A DNA stretch of 64,000 bases from assembly GCA_002331145.1 (NCBI GenBank), contig DCYT01000001.1, forward strand, positions 223,697-287,696, given 5' to 3'. The position numbers were made by a program, and so were the translations under genes. Below the pieces are notes generated by a model. That model was not told the DNA's origin. It saw only the letters and a program-made list of their open reading frames with translations, and did not search any database. Shown in pieces: positions 9,847 through 19,299 of this stretch. This DNA comes from Candidatus Minusculum obligatum (lineage in GTDB: Bacteria; Patescibacteriota; Minisyncoccia; Phycocordibacterales; Phycocordibacteraceae). Position 1 is the stretch's first letter; each line of letters starts with the position of its first letter.

Positions 9847-10770
9847 ATGCAGTATGATCTTGTAATTATTGGAGGAGGACCCGCAGCAGTATCTGGCGGG
9901 ATTTACGCAGCTCGTAAAAAACTAAAGACTGCACTTATTGCCACAGAGATTGCAGGACAAAGTGTTGTCTCAGAAGGTATCCAAAACTGGATAGGAGAAG
10001 TTTCTATTCCTGGAGCAGATTTGGTTAAGAAGTTTAGAGAACACCTAGATGCCTATAAGGGAGATATTGTGGAGATTCATGAGGGACAAACAGTAAGTAA
10101 GGTTGAAAAGAAAGATGAAGGACACTTTGTTACAACAACAGACAAAGGAGAGACTTTTGAATCCCGCGCTGTGCTTGTAGCATCTGGTGCTGTGCGAAGA
10201 CGACTTCCTGTACCTGGAGCAGATGAATTTGAGCACAAAGGACTTACCTACTGTGCTAGTTGTGACGGACCTCTCTTTACTGACATGGACGTTGTAGTTG
10301 TTGGAGGAGGAAATGCTGGATTTGAAACTGCAGCGCAGCTTCTAGCCTATACAAAGAGTGTTACTCTTCTACACCGAAGTGACTCATTTAAGGCAGACCC
10401 TGTGACTGTAGAGAAAGTTCTTGCAGATCCAAAGATGACTGCCATTACAAATGCTAATACTAAAGAAGTACTTGGAGATAAATTTGTAACTGGAATCAAG
10501 TACGAAGTTAATGGAGAAGAAAAAGAACTTCCAGTTGCTGGAATCTTTGTAGAGATTGGAATGGTTCCTTCAACAAACTTTGTAGAAGGACTTGTAGCCC
10601 TAGATGATTACAAGCGAATCAAGGTTGATGGAAAGAGTCAGCAGACAGAAACTCCTGGTATCTGGGCAGCTGGAGATTGTACCGATGAGCTCTATCACCA
10701 AAACAATATTGCTGCAGGAGATGCAGTTAAAGCACTTGAGGATATTTACGTACACCTAAAGGCTAAGTAA
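9847..10770 (+). CDS. trxB: thioredoxin-disulfide reductase
   Basis: FAD motif GGGPAA, redox-active CASCDGPLF (CxxC of TrxB), NADPH motif VVGGGNAG, and C-terminal GD motif. 307 aa. Confidence 0.85.
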   Translation: MQYDLVIIGGGPAAVSGGIYAARKKLKTALIATEIAGQSVVSEGIQNWIGEVSIPGADLVKKFREHLDAYKGDIVEIHEGQTVSKVEKKDEGHFVTTTDKGETFESRAVLVASGAVRRRLPVPGADEFEHKGLTYCASCDGPLFTDMDVVVVGGGNAGFETAAQLLAYTKSVTLLHRSDSFKADPVTVEKVLADPKMTAITNANTKEVLGDKFVTGIKYEVNGEEKELPVAGIFVEIGMVPSTNFVEGLVALDDYKRIKVDGKSQQTETPGIWAAGDCTDELYHQNNIAAGDAVKALEDIYVHLKAK

Positions 10771-11187
10771 ATGAAAAACATACGAACATTGCCTCAACTG
10801 CTTGTTCGTATTTTCATACGTCCCGTATTTCCCTTTTTCCAATGGCTTGTTGTTACTCTTGGAATTATCAAGGCTCCTCCACGACAAGAGTTCCTTCTTG
10901 GAAAGTTGAGAGAAAATCTTTCATTTGATGAGGTACATAAACTTCTTAGAAAAGAAGGTTTTTATACAAACCGTATTGCCTTCATTGATCCAGGACAAGT
11001 TCTTAGCATGCGACGATTGGATGAGGAAAAACCTGACTGGCAATATCATATTCGTATTTTTGAAGATGGAGAGATTCGAGGACATTATGAGAAAACTCCC
11101 GAAGACCACCCCTTTGAACACTTAAACAATGTTGGGTTTGAAAATAGAGCCAACATGTTCTCCACATGGACTAAAAACATAACTTGA
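10771..11187 (+). CDS. hypothetical protein (138 aa, N-terminal hydrophobic segment)
   Basis: ATG directly after the trxB stop. No family recognised. Confidence 0.4.
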   Translation: MKNIRTLPQLLVRIFIRPVFPFFQWLVVTLGIIKAPPRQEFLLGKLRENLSFDEVHKLLRKEGFYTNRIAFIDPGQVLSMRRLDEEKPDWQYHIRIFEDGEIRGHYEKTPEDHPFEHLNNVGFENRANMFSTWTKNIT

Positions 11188-11213
11188 CAGAATTATACTG
11201 CGGGTGGTATAAT
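11184..11213 (+). promoter_or_regulatory. consensus sigma70 promoter TTGACA-N18-TATAAT (with GGTGG immediately upstream of -10)
   Basis: TTGACA 11184-11189 and TATAAT 11208-11213. The same 11-mer GGTGGTATAAT at the same distance from TTGACA is found at 34178. Confidence 0.65.
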
Positions 11214-11253
11214 GTAAACAGTTACGTACATTGGGTATGTAACTGTTCTTTAC

Positions 11254-11442
11254 ATGGAGGCTGTTATGGCCAAAAATCTTGCAGATGACCTGCGTCAGCG
11301 CAAAGAAGACCGCACGCAACACCGTCCTGCTTTTTCTGACAGGAACGGATGTGTGCACTTTGGGGAAACTCAAAGAGCAGCACAGCTTGTTGCGGCTGAA
11401 ACGAATCGGTCCTACGGCGCAAACGGTGGTCGTCGCGACTAA
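11254..11442 (+). CDS. GC-rich 62-aa hydrophilic small protein
   Basis: SD GGAGG upstream of ATG. Independently transcribed (consensus promoter, 5'-UTR hairpin, strong terminator). GC about 55% versus a roughly 40% genome background. Confidence 0.45.
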   Translation: MEAVMAKNLADDLRQRKEDRTQHRPAFSDRNGCVHFGETQRAAQLVAAETNRSYGANGGRRD

Positions 11443-11473
11443 CCAAGAATACGACTCAGAGAGACGAGTCATT

Positions 11474-11508
11474 GGGGACAGAATTCTGTTCTGTCCCCTC
11501 TTCTTTTG
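11474..11508 (+). terminator. rho-independent terminator (GGGGACAGAA-UUCUG-UUCUGUCCCC + U-tract)
   Basis: 10-bp stem followed by TCTTCTTTTG. Confidence 0.75.
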
Positions 11509-11562
11509 AGCTCATGAACATATTCGTGACCTCAAAGAGAGGATCTTTACACGGAGGTGGTG

Positions 11563-11937
11563 ATGGATACTGTCAGAATTCTCTGGCGGTCTAAACACCC
11601 GCCAACAAATAAACATAAACAGCTCCTTGAAGAGCTGTACGCAGGGAAAAAAGTTATTCTTTCTCCAGATGCAAATTGGATCAAGCACGCACATCACGTT
11701 GCTGAAGAATTCAAGACTGGAGAGTATGACGACCTGTTTGTGAATGCATCCTGGACCGTTCTCGATGCAATTGCAAAATGTGGCACACCGCCACTCATTG
11801 CAATTCTTGAAGAAAGTTCAGAACAAGATGCCGATCTTCATGACGGCAGAACTCACAAACAAGTGGTTGAAATTCGTCGCTTTAAGCAACTTATTATCGA
11901 CCACACAAAACCTCAACCGTATGAGTTGAAGAACTAA
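11563..11937 (+). CDS. hypothetical protein (125 aa), possibly Rossmann-like
   Basis: SD GGAGGTGG upstream of ATG at 11563. No confident family. Confidence 0.4.
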   Translation: MDTVRILWRSKHPPTNKHKQLLEELYAGKKVILSPDANWIKHAHHVAEEFKTGEYDDLFVNASWTVLDAIAKCGTPPLIAILEESSEQDADLHDGRTHKQVVEIRRFKQLIIDHTKPQPYELKN

Positions 11938-11965
11938 GCCGCTAGGATTTATCCGGCGGCTTTTC

Positions 11966-12652
11966 TCATGCCCTAGGCACAGAAATTCTTCGAATAGATT
12001 CGTTTCTATGAATCAATTCATCATCTCGAATTGAACAAAATAACTCATATTCATTTTTACACTCTCTTCCATAGAATTTTAGAAACTCACTCTCTATGTG
12101 GCGCTTCTTAAGCTCATCTCCACACTCTTCAATAAATTCTGAATACTGTTCATACGCATGAGACTCAAAAAGGTAGTTGAGCTCAAGTGCTGACTTTCGG
12201 TGCACCGTATAAAGAACAGCGCTCACGATGTAATAAAAGAATGAAAATAGAAGAGGGATAAGATAGTGCCTAAATGGTCCTCCAAGACCTTCCCTCTTGC
12301 AAATCTGTGTCATTACAACAACATGCATGGTCTCATTATCCTGCGCCACACGCCCAAAACGAGATGTGTGCGTTAGATTAATAGCCTTTTGCTCATTCCC
12401 GTACATGGCAGTTAAAAACATGTATGAGATCCATTCCCACGACTGATATGGGATACGTGCAATAACTTCTACTGCTTTAAATTTTTCATACGATGGCTTC
12501 TTCCCGTATACGGTATTCCCTGCAAATACGAGTATCCAACCAAAAATATTAGGAATAATTCCTACCTTGTATTCGCCACAAGCATTTTCATACCCCTTCT
12601 TAAATTCTGAGTCTTTAAGCTTTTCTACCAACTCCTCGTGTCTTTTGTCCAT
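11966..12652 (-). CDS. alternative-oxidase-like di-iron carboxylate protein (AOX/PTOX family)
   Basis: Motifs AVEVIARIPY (cf. LETVARVPY), NETMHV (cf. NERMHL), E-x-x-H-A-Y-E and RDDELIHR (cf. RADEAHHR) in the order and spacing of bacterial AOX. 228 aa. Confidence 0.6.
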   Translation of the reverse strand: MDKRHEELVEKLKDSEFKKGYENACGEYKVGIIPNIFGWILVFAGNTVYGKKPSYEKFKAVEVIARIPYQSWEWISYMFLTAMYGNEQKAINLTHTSRFGRVAQDNETMHVVVMTQICKREGLGGPFRHYLIPLLFSFFYYIVSAVLYTVHRKSALELNYLFESHAYEQYSEFIEECGDELKKRHIESEFLKFYGRECKNEYELFCSIRDDELIHRNESIRRISVPRA

Positions 12653-12724
12653 ATGACTCTAGTATATACGTATTGTTTGATTCTGGCGTTTTCTCCCCAA
12701 AATGCTACAATCGCGGCTACTTAC

Positions 12725-12796
12725 GGCCCTATCGTCTAATGGTTAGGACACCAGGTTTTCATCCTGGAAATCGGGGTTCAATTCCCCGTAGGGTCA
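12725..12796 (+). tRNA. tRNA-Glu (anticodon UUC)
   Basis: Cloverleaf with 7-bp acceptor GGCCCUA/UAGGGUC, anticodon stem CCAGG/CCUGG with loop UUUUCAU, T-arm GGGGUUCAAUUCCCC. Confidence 0.85.
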
Positions 12797-13801
12797 CAGA
12801 ATTTCAGGCTCGTTCGTAAGCCTCACGCCAGTTTCAGACTCAACTTTCTTTTGAACTTTCTCAAAAAGTTCCTGTATTTGCGATGCTGTTGCCTCACCTT
12901 TATTTACAATCATATTTGCTTGAGTCTCTGAAATACACGCATCTCCCACACAAAGTCCCTTAAGCCCTAAATCATCAATAAGTGCAGCACCTGGAATTTT
13001 AAATCCGTCTTCTGTTTTAAACACAGATTTCTTTACCTTCTCTGAGAGATTATATTTCTCAAGATCATCCACTTCTACATTTTTGAAAAATGAACCAACA
13101 CTCCAAATATTCTCTGGGTCTAAATCTTTTCCTTTTCTAATTTCTATTACCTTCTCTCTAATTTCTTTCTGTGTTGGATTATCTTTAAAGTTTTTTAGAC
13201 TTCGATACTTTGTAATTGGCTTTGGTTTTTTAGAAAGTTCTAAAGTTAATGAATGAACAATATACTTTCCTTTCTTATCAGTATTGAAAATACTTCTCCT
13301 GTACCCAAAGCCGCAATCTTCACAAAGAATTCGCTCATACATCTCTGTCTCAATATTAAAAGCATTTACGCTTTTAATATATGAAGATGCCTCAACTCCA
13401 TACGCTCCTACATTTTGTATAGCGAGCCCTGCTACAGTTCCTGGAATAAGTGAGAGATTCTCAAGGCCCCAATACCCCTTCTCTACCGTCTCTTGAATGA
13501 AACTGTCTAGATTCTCTGCAGCACCTACAGAAATAGTTACACTCTCTTCATCTTCTTTTAAAACTTCACTTCCCTTCACATCAAGTTGTACGACAACCAT
13601 ATCAAGCACCCTCTCTGGAAGAACAATATTGCTTCCCCCACCAAGCACAAATATTGGAAGATTCTTTTCTTTTGCAAATGAAGCTGTGGCCTGGAGGTCA
13701 TTTGTCTCAACAAAATATTGAGCAATACCACCCACTTTTAGCGTTGTCTTGTCTTTCAGTTCAACTCGTTCAGAAACCTTCATTTCATTGAATAGTACCA
13801 A
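12794..13801 (-). CDS. murB: UDP-N-acetylenolpyruvoylglucosamine reductase
   Basis: FAD-binding GGGSN motif and MurB-like N- and C-terminal domains. 335 aa. Confidence 0.8.
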   Translation of the reverse strand: MVLFNEMKVSERVELKDKTTLKVGGIAQYFVETNDLQATASFAKEKNLPIFVLGGGSNIVLPERVLDMVVVQLDVKGSEVLKEDEESVTISVGAAENLDSFIQETVEKGYWGLENLSLIPGTVAGLAIQNVGAYGVEASSYIKSVNAFNIETEMYERILCEDCGFGYRRSIFNTDKKGKYIVHSLTLELSKKPKPITKYRSLKNFKDNPTQKEIREKVIEIRKGKDLDPENIWSVGSFFKNVEVDDLEKYNLSEKVKKSVFKTEDGFKIPGAALIDDLGLKGLCVGDACISETQANMIVNKGEATASQIQELFEKVQKKVESETGVRLTNEPEIL

Positions 13802-13822
13802 TAAATAGGCTAGGCTTCACCT

Positions 13823-14980
13823 ATGAAAATCCTAGCGATTGAAACCTCATGTGACGAGACAGCTGTTGCTGTTATTGAAGCTACTGGAGACTCAAAATCT
13901 GCAGAATTTAACGTGCTTGGAAATGCACTTCTTTCGCAAATTGAACTACACCGAGAGTACGGTGGTGTATACCCATCTCTTGCAAAGCGAGAGCATGCAA
14001 AGAATCTAACTCCTATTACACGAGCAGCCCTAACTGAAGCTGAGATGATTGTGAGCAATAGAGTTGACCTTAATGATGAGGTGAAGGCAAAAATTACAGA
14101 GCTCCTACACAGAGAGCCTGAAATGACATCTGCATTCCTTGAATTCGTACAAGAAGTTGAAGTTCCTAACATTGATGCAATTGCGATAACACACGGACCA
14201 GGATTAGCTCCCGCTCTTTGGGTTGGTGTTAACTTTGCACAAGCATTAGCACTCGCATGGGATAAACCTCTTGTTCCAGTAAACCACATGGAGGGACACA
14301 TTGTCTCTTCACTTCTTAAAGAGAACAAAATTGAGAACGTAAAGCTTCCACTCCTTGCTCTCCTTATCTCAGGAGGCCACACAGAGCTTGTACTGATGAA
14401 GGACTGGCTTTCATATGAACTTATAGGACAAACACGAGATGATGCTGTTGGAGAGGCTTTTGATAAGGTGGCACGTATGATGGATCTTCCATACCCTGGA
14501 GGACCTGAGATAAGCAAGCTTGCAGAGAAAGCACGAGAAGAAGGGCTTGAGGAAGTATTCAATCTCCCCCGCCCTATGCTTGATTCAAAAGATTGTGACT
14601 TCTCTTTTGCGGGACTTAAGACTTCTGTTCTCTATGCTCTTAAAGAACTCCCGAATTTAAACGGTGAAGACAAGAAAAATATTGCACACGCATTTGAAAA
14701 TGCAGCAGCTGATGTACTAAAAGCAAAAACCCTTAAAGCTATTGAAGAGCATGGAGTGCAATCTCTTGTGCTTGGAGGAGGAGTATCTGCAAACCATCAC
14801 ATACGAAGAGTTTTTGAAGAAACCATCTCTGAGAAACATCCTGAAGTTGATCTCTATCTCCCAGAGCCAAAACTCACAACCGACAATGCCATTATGATTG
14901 GTGTTGCAGGATACTTCAGAGCACTGAGAAAAGAATTTGCTACAGAGATAAAAGCAGACGGAAATCTAAAAGTGCACTAA
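13823..14980 (+). CDS. tsaD: tRNA N6-adenosine threonylcarbamoyltransferase
   Basis: N-terminal ILAIETSCDETAVA and Kae1/Gcp-family metal-binding His pair. 385 aa. Confidence 0.85.
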   Translation: MKILAIETSCDETAVAVIEATGDSKSAEFNVLGNALLSQIELHREYGGVYPSLAKREHAKNLTPITRAALTEAEMIVSNRVDLNDEVKAKITELLHREPEMTSAFLEFVQEVEVPNIDAIAITHGPGLAPALWVGVNFAQALALAWDKPLVPVNHMEGHIVSSLLKENKIENVKLPLLALLISGGHTELVLMKDWLSYELIGQTRDDAVGEAFDKVARMMDLPYPGGPEISKLAEKAREEGLEEVFNLPRPMLDSKDCDFSFAGLKTSVLYALKELPNLNGEDKKNIAHAFENAAADVLKAKTLKAIEEHGVQSLVLGGGVSANHHIRRVFEETISEKHPEVDLYLPEPKLTTDNAIMIGVAGYFRALRKEFATEIKADGNLKVH

Positions 14981-15025
14981 ATATCCGCTTCAAAAGCGGG
15001 TATTTTTCTGATACTCTGGTCAGAT

Positions 15026-17206
15026 ATGCACGAGAAATTCGAAAAACCATACGATCCGCAGGAAACGGAATCTCGTATCTATCAAATGTGGGAGGAATCA
15101 GGACTTTTTAATCCAGAGAAGTCTATTGAGGCTGGATATACAGATGAAAATGCTGAGTCATATACCATTGTCCTTCCCCCACCGAATGTAACTGGAGTAC
15201 TTCACATGGGACATGCTTCGATGCTCGCCATTGAAGACCTTCTTATTCGTTACCACCGAATGCAAGGAAAGCGAACTCTTTGGATCCCAGGAACTGACTC
15301 TGCCTCTATTGCTACACAGAGCGTAGTTGAGAAAAAAGTTCAAAAAGAAGAAAAGAAAAATCGCCACGACCTTGGACGTGAAGTATTTCTTGAGAGAATT
15401 GCTGACTTTGTAGAAGATAGTAAAAATACAATAATCTCTCAGGTCAAAGCCATGGGATCGTCACTTGATTGGTCTCGCTACGCTTTCACAATGGATGAGA
15501 CACGAACCAATGCTGTGAATGAGGCGTTTATCCGAATGTACAATGCAGGACTTATTACACGCGGACACCGGAGCGTAAACTGGGACCCGAAAGGACAGAC
15601 TACGATTTCAGATGATGAGGTTGAATATAAGGAAGAAACAACAAAATTCTACTACCTAAAGTACGGGCCATTTACCATTGGAACTGCACGACCTGAGACA
15701 AAATTCGGAGACAAATACGTGGTAATGCATCCAGATGATGAGCGGTACAAGGAGTATGAGCATGGGCAGCAACTAGAAGTTGAGTGGATCAATGGGAAAA
15801 TTACCGCAACCATCATCAAAGATGAGGCTGCAAATCCTGAGTTTGGATCAGGAGTTATGACCATTACCCCATGGCACTCTGCAATTGATTTTGATATCGC
15901 AAAGAAACACGATCTTGAGTATGAGCAGATAATTGATTTCTACGGAAAACTTCTTCCTGTTGCAGGAGAGGAGTTTGAAGGAATGAAGATTAGTGAAGCT
16001 CGAGAAAAGATTATTGAGAAACTTGATGGCAAGGGACTTGTTGAAAAAATTGATGAGGACTACGTTCACAACATTGCTATTGGAGATAGAACAAAGGCAA
16101 CTATTGAACCTCAAGTTATGGAACAGTGGTTTATTGATGTAAATAAAAAAATCACCCTTCCAGAGTCACACATAACTGGAATTAAAGATGGACAAGAAGT
16201 AACACTCAAAGAACTTATGATTGCTGCTGTAGAAAGTGGTGATGTTGATATTATTCCAAATCGTTTCAATAAGATTTACTTCCACTGGGTAAATAATCTA
16301 CGCCCATGGTGTATTAGCCGACAGATTTGGTACGGACACCGCATCCCCATGTGGTACAAGGATGGTGAGGCAAAAGCTCAAGTTGAATCTCCTGGAGATG
16401 GATGGGAGCAAGACCCTGACACACTCGATACATGGTTCTCTTCAGGACTTTGGACACTCTCAACACTTGGGTGGCCAAATAACGAAGAAGATCTAAAAAT
16501 CTATCATCCAACCTCAGTACTTGAGACAGGACACGACATTATCTTCTTCTGGGTTGCTCGAATGATCCTTATGACAACATTCCTTACTGGAGAAGTTCCA
16601 TTTAAGAAAGTATTCCTTCATGGAATGGTTCGAGATGCTAAGGGAGCAAAGATGAGTAAGAGTAAAGGAAATGGAATTGATCCACTTGATCTTATCTCTG
16701 AGTATGGGGCAGATGCTTCTCGCTTTGCACTCCTTACAGGAGCAGCTCCAGGAAACGACATTCCTCTTGATGTACAGCAAGTGCGCGGGTACAAAAAGTT
16801 TACAAACAAGATCTGGAATGTTGCACGTTTCGTTCTAACTCACACTGATGGCGTAGACCTTTCAAAACGCCCTGACTTCTCTGAAGATGATGAGAAAGAT
16901 CTTGAAGAACTTAATGCAATGGTAAATGAAGTTACTGAGCACCTAGATACCTACCGATTTGATCTTGCTGCAGACCGTGCATACCACTACTTATGGCACA
17001 CATTCGCTGATATTATTATTGAGAAGAGTAAAGAAGAGCTTGAGGGAGACCGTAGAAGCACTGTGCAGTGGAAACTCTATTTCATCCTTATAACAGTATT
17101 GAAAACTCTTCATCCATTCATGCCATTTGTTACTGAAGAAATTTGGCAGTCTCTTGATACAAAAGAGTCTCCGTATCTTTTTGTTGCAAAATGGCCTAAA
17201 GCCTAA
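15026..17206 (+). CDS. valS: valyl-tRNA synthetase (short form lacking C-terminal coiled coil)
   Basis: Class I HIGH motif (PPPNVTGVLHMGHA) and KMSKSKGN. ValRS-like N-terminus (IRY.RMQG...WIPGTD.A.IATQ). 726 aa. Confidence 0.8.
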   Translation: MHEKFEKPYDPQETESRIYQMWEESGLFNPEKSIEAGYTDENAESYTIVLPPPNVTGVLHMGHASMLAIEDLLIRYHRMQGKRTLWIPGTDSASIATQSVVEKKVQKEEKKNRHDLGREVFLERIADFVEDSKNTIISQVKAMGSSLDWSRYAFTMDETRTNAVNEAFIRMYNAGLITRGHRSVNWDPKGQTTISDDEVEYKEETTKFYYLKYGPFTIGTARPETKFGDKYVVMHPDDERYKEYEHGQQLEVEWINGKITATIIKDEAANPEFGSGVMTITPWHSAIDFDIAKKHDLEYEQIIDFYGKLLPVAGEEFEGMKISEAREKIIEKLDGKGLVEKIDEDYVHNIAIGDRTKATIEPQVMEQWFIDVNKKITLPESHITGIKDGQEVTLKELMIAAVESGDVDIIPNRFNKIYFHWVNNLRPWCISRQIWYGHRIPMWYKDGEAKAQVESPGDGWEQDPDTLDTWFSSGLWTLSTLGWPNNEEDLKIYHPTSVLETGHDIIFFWVARMILMTTFLTGEVPFKKVFLHGMVRDAKGAKMSKSKGNGIDPLDLISEYGADASRFALLTGAAPGNDIPLDVQQVRGYKKFTNKIWNVARFVLTHTDGVDLSKRPDFSEDDEKDLEELNAMVNEVTEHLDTYRFDLAADRAYHYLWHTFADIIIEKSKEELEGDRRSTVQWKLYFILITVLKTLHPFMPFVTEEIWQSLDTKESPYLFVAKWPKA

Positions 17207-17917
17207 ATGCCTGAAATACAAACTTTTATATATGCATTCCTTGGTGGACTTTTACCCGCTTTAGTTTGGCTATACTTCTGGCTTAAAGAAGATTCACGAT
17301 GTCCTGAACCACGACATCTTATTTTCTTTGCTTTTGTACTTGGAATGATCGCTGTGCCACTTGTGCTTCCCTTCCAGAAGTGGGCAATAGCGCACTATGG
17401 AGAAATAAGCACTTCTGTTGTTTTTGTATGGGCTGCAGTTGAAGAACTTATGAAGTACGGAGTGGTTGCAGCTGCAATTCTTTGGCGCAAAGCAGTGAAT
17501 GAACCAATTGATGCAATGATGTACATGGTTACTGCAGCGCTTGGTTTTGCAGCACTTGAAAATACACTCTTTCTCCTGGCCCCTATTGCAGATGGAAATC
17601 TTATCGATAGTTTTATAACAGGAAATCTTCGCTTCCTTGGTGCAACACTTCTACATGTATTGGCTTCTGCTGTTGTTGGTTTTGCCATGGCAATCTCTTT
17701 CTATGCACACAAAAAACTCATGCCAATCTATACGAGCATTGGACTTATCCTTGCGATCGCATTGCATACAATCTTTAACCTACTTATAATTTCAGGTGAA
17801 GGATACAACACGTTAACTGCATTCTTCTTTGTTTGGATCGGTGTAGTTATTATCTTGGTGTTGTTTGAAGTTGCACGACTAATTAGACGCACACCAAAGA
17901 AGCGTGACGAATGCTAA
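17207..17917 (+). CDS. PrsW-family intramembrane metalloprotease-like protein
   Basis: Polytopic membrane protein carrying EELMK, FLGATLLH and HTIFN motifs (EExxK / FxxxH / HxxxN-D of the PrsW/CPBP clan). Confidence 0.55.
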   Translation: MPEIQTFIYAFLGGLLPALVWLYFWLKEDSRCPEPRHLIFFAFVLGMIAVPLVLPFQKWAIAHYGEISTSVVFVWAAVEELMKYGVVAAAILWRKAVNEPIDAMMYMVTAALGFAALENTLFLLAPIADGNLIDSFITGNLRFLGATLLHVLASAVVGFAMAISFYAHKKLMPIYTSIGLILAIALHTIFNLLIISGEGYNTLTAFFFVWIGVVIILVLFEVARLIRRTPKKRDEC

Positions 17918-17920
17918 TGT

Positions 17921-18448
17921 ATGTTTGGAAAAAAGAAAAAACAATCACTATTTGAAAAGTTAACTGGAAGCGTAAGTCTGAACGAAGACTTCGATGCTTT
18001 TGAAGATGATTTTAAACCTGAGATTGCAGAAGAAGTACCTACAAAGAAGATTTCAGTAAATGAACATGATGAACCTCTTCCACCTGAGATGGAAGAGGAG
18101 GAGCCAGAAAATGAAGCTGAGGGGCAACTTCCTGTTGATGTGTATCAAAGTACTAATGAGATTGTTATTCGTGCATTTGTAGCTGGAGTGCGCGCTGACA
18201 TGCTCGACCTCTCTATTACACGGGACATGGTTACTATCTCAGGAGCCCGTGAGGCACGAGAAGAAGTAGACGCAGCAGATTATTTTCATAAAGAACTTTA
18301 TTGGGGATCATTCTCACGAACTATTCTCCTCCCTCAAGAGGTGGATGTAGATGCATCAACAGCATCAGCAAAAGACGGATTGCTTACTCTTATCCTTCCA
18401 AAGCTTGATAAGGCAAGGCAGACGAAACTGAAAGTGAAAAGCGGATAA
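17921..18448 (+). CDS. Hsp20/alpha-crystallin family small heat-shock protein
   Basis: Alpha-crystallin domain pattern (VDVYQS..E..I.A.VAGV...L.I......L.ISG......F.R...LP). Confidence 0.8.
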   Translation: MFGKKKKQSLFEKLTGSVSLNEDFDAFEDDFKPEIAEEVPTKKISVNEHDEPLPPEMEEEEPENEAEGQLPVDVYQSTNEIVIRAFVAGVRADMLDLSITRDMVTISGAREAREEVDAADYFHKELYWGSFSRTILLPQEVDVDASTASAKDGLLTLILPKLDKARQTKLKVKSG

Positions 18449-18451
18449 GAA

Positions 18452-18482
18452 AAAGGCGATCACATGATCGCCTTTTTCTTTT
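18452..18482 (+). terminator. rho-independent terminator after hsp20
   Basis: GGCGAUCACAUGAUCGCC palindrome followed by TTTTTCTTTT. Confidence 0.75.
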
Positions 18483-18558
18483 GGTGCTGAGAGGCAGATT
18501 CGAACTGCCGACCCCTTGTGCTTCAAACAAGTGCTCTAACCAACTGAGCTACCTCAGC
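18482..18558 (-). tRNA. tRNA-Phe (anticodon GAA), CCA encoded
   Basis: Minus-strand cloverleaf: acceptor GCUGAGG/CCUCAGC, anticodon loop UUGAAGC, T-arm GGCAGUUCGAAUCUGCC, 3' CCA. Confidence 0.85.
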
Positions 18559-18559
18559 A

Positions 18560-18958
18560 TTATTCTGGTGCTTCCACTTTATTACTCTCTATCGCGTTTT
18601 GAAATGCATCGAGCCCTGGAATATTAATAAACTGTTGCAGAATACTTGTATCCCCTGACTTAATAGTCTCAAACGTAGTAGTTGCTCCATCAACGTACGG
18701 CTTTAGAAGAGAGAAATAGATGAAGATTGGAAGTCCAAGGATAACCCCCCAGATAATGAGACGGATGATTCCACTCATAAACATTCCACGCTGAATACCC
18801 CGAATCCGCCTATTGTTCTCTTTCGAGATACGAAGGCTTTCTTTAACCATTCTTTCTAGTCTCTGATCGTCATCCATACGATGGGTCTTAATATAGCAAA
18901 GATATTGGATTTTGAAAGAATTTAAGCGCCGTACATGTGCACGGCGCTTAATTGTCAC
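18560..18958 (-). CDS. hypothetical membrane protein, translationally coupled to the upstream Flp pilin gene
   Basis: GTG start overlapping the flp stop with AGGAAG SD. Single TM (IIRLIIWGVILGLPIFIYFSLL). Alternative ATG start at about 18877. Confidence 0.4.
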   Translation of the reverse strand: MTIKRRAHVRRLNSFKIQYLCYIKTHRMDDDQRLERMVKESLRISKENNRRIRGIQRGMFMSGIIRLIIWGVILGLPIFIYFSLLKPYVDGATTTFETIKSGDTSILQQFINIPGLDAFQNAIESNKVEAPE

Positions 18959-19125
18959 TCGACTTCCTGAACAGTTTCCACAGACTCTTGAGGAGCACTC
19001 TGGATACCTGTTCCGAGGGCTGTCACAGCACCAATGATCACAACTGCAATCAGTGCAGCGATAAGACCATACTCAATGGCTGTGGCCCCGCCTTCATGAC
19101 CTCGGAATTTCTTCGAAAAGTTCAT
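18955..19125 (-). CDS. flp: Flp/Fap family type IVb pilin
   Basis: GATAIEYGLIAALIAVVIIGAV matches the Flp motif (G-x-T-A-I-E-Y-G-L-I). SD AAGGAGAG upstream of MNFSKK. 56 aa. Confidence 0.8.
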   Translation of the reverse strand: MNFSKKFRGHEGGATAIEYGLIAALIAVVIIGAVTALGTGIQSAPQESVETVQEVE

Positions 19126-19236
19126 GTCCTCTCTCCTTTTCTGGACCATAAGAACTTATCATTTTAAATATAAAAATACTAGTGTAGAGCACCGACCTTT
19201 AGGTCGAACCCTTTTGGCTTTGTTGGTAGAAATATC

Positions 19237-19282
19237 AAAAAAGAAAAGCCCCTCCAGAGCACCACAAAGTGATGGGAGGGGC
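19237..19282 (-). terminator. intrinsic terminator downstream of the small basic protein gene
   Basis: GCCCCUCC...GGAGGGGC 8-bp GC stem. U-tract on the minus-strand transcript. Confidence 0.55.
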
Positions 19283-19299
19283 TGACCGCGGCCAGGTTT

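Noticed and set aside
1976-11537. Shared 11-mer TGACCTCAAAG at 1976 and 11527
   Set aside because: Hundreds of 11-mer coincidences are expected by chance in 64 kb on two strands, and there is no extended similarity around them.
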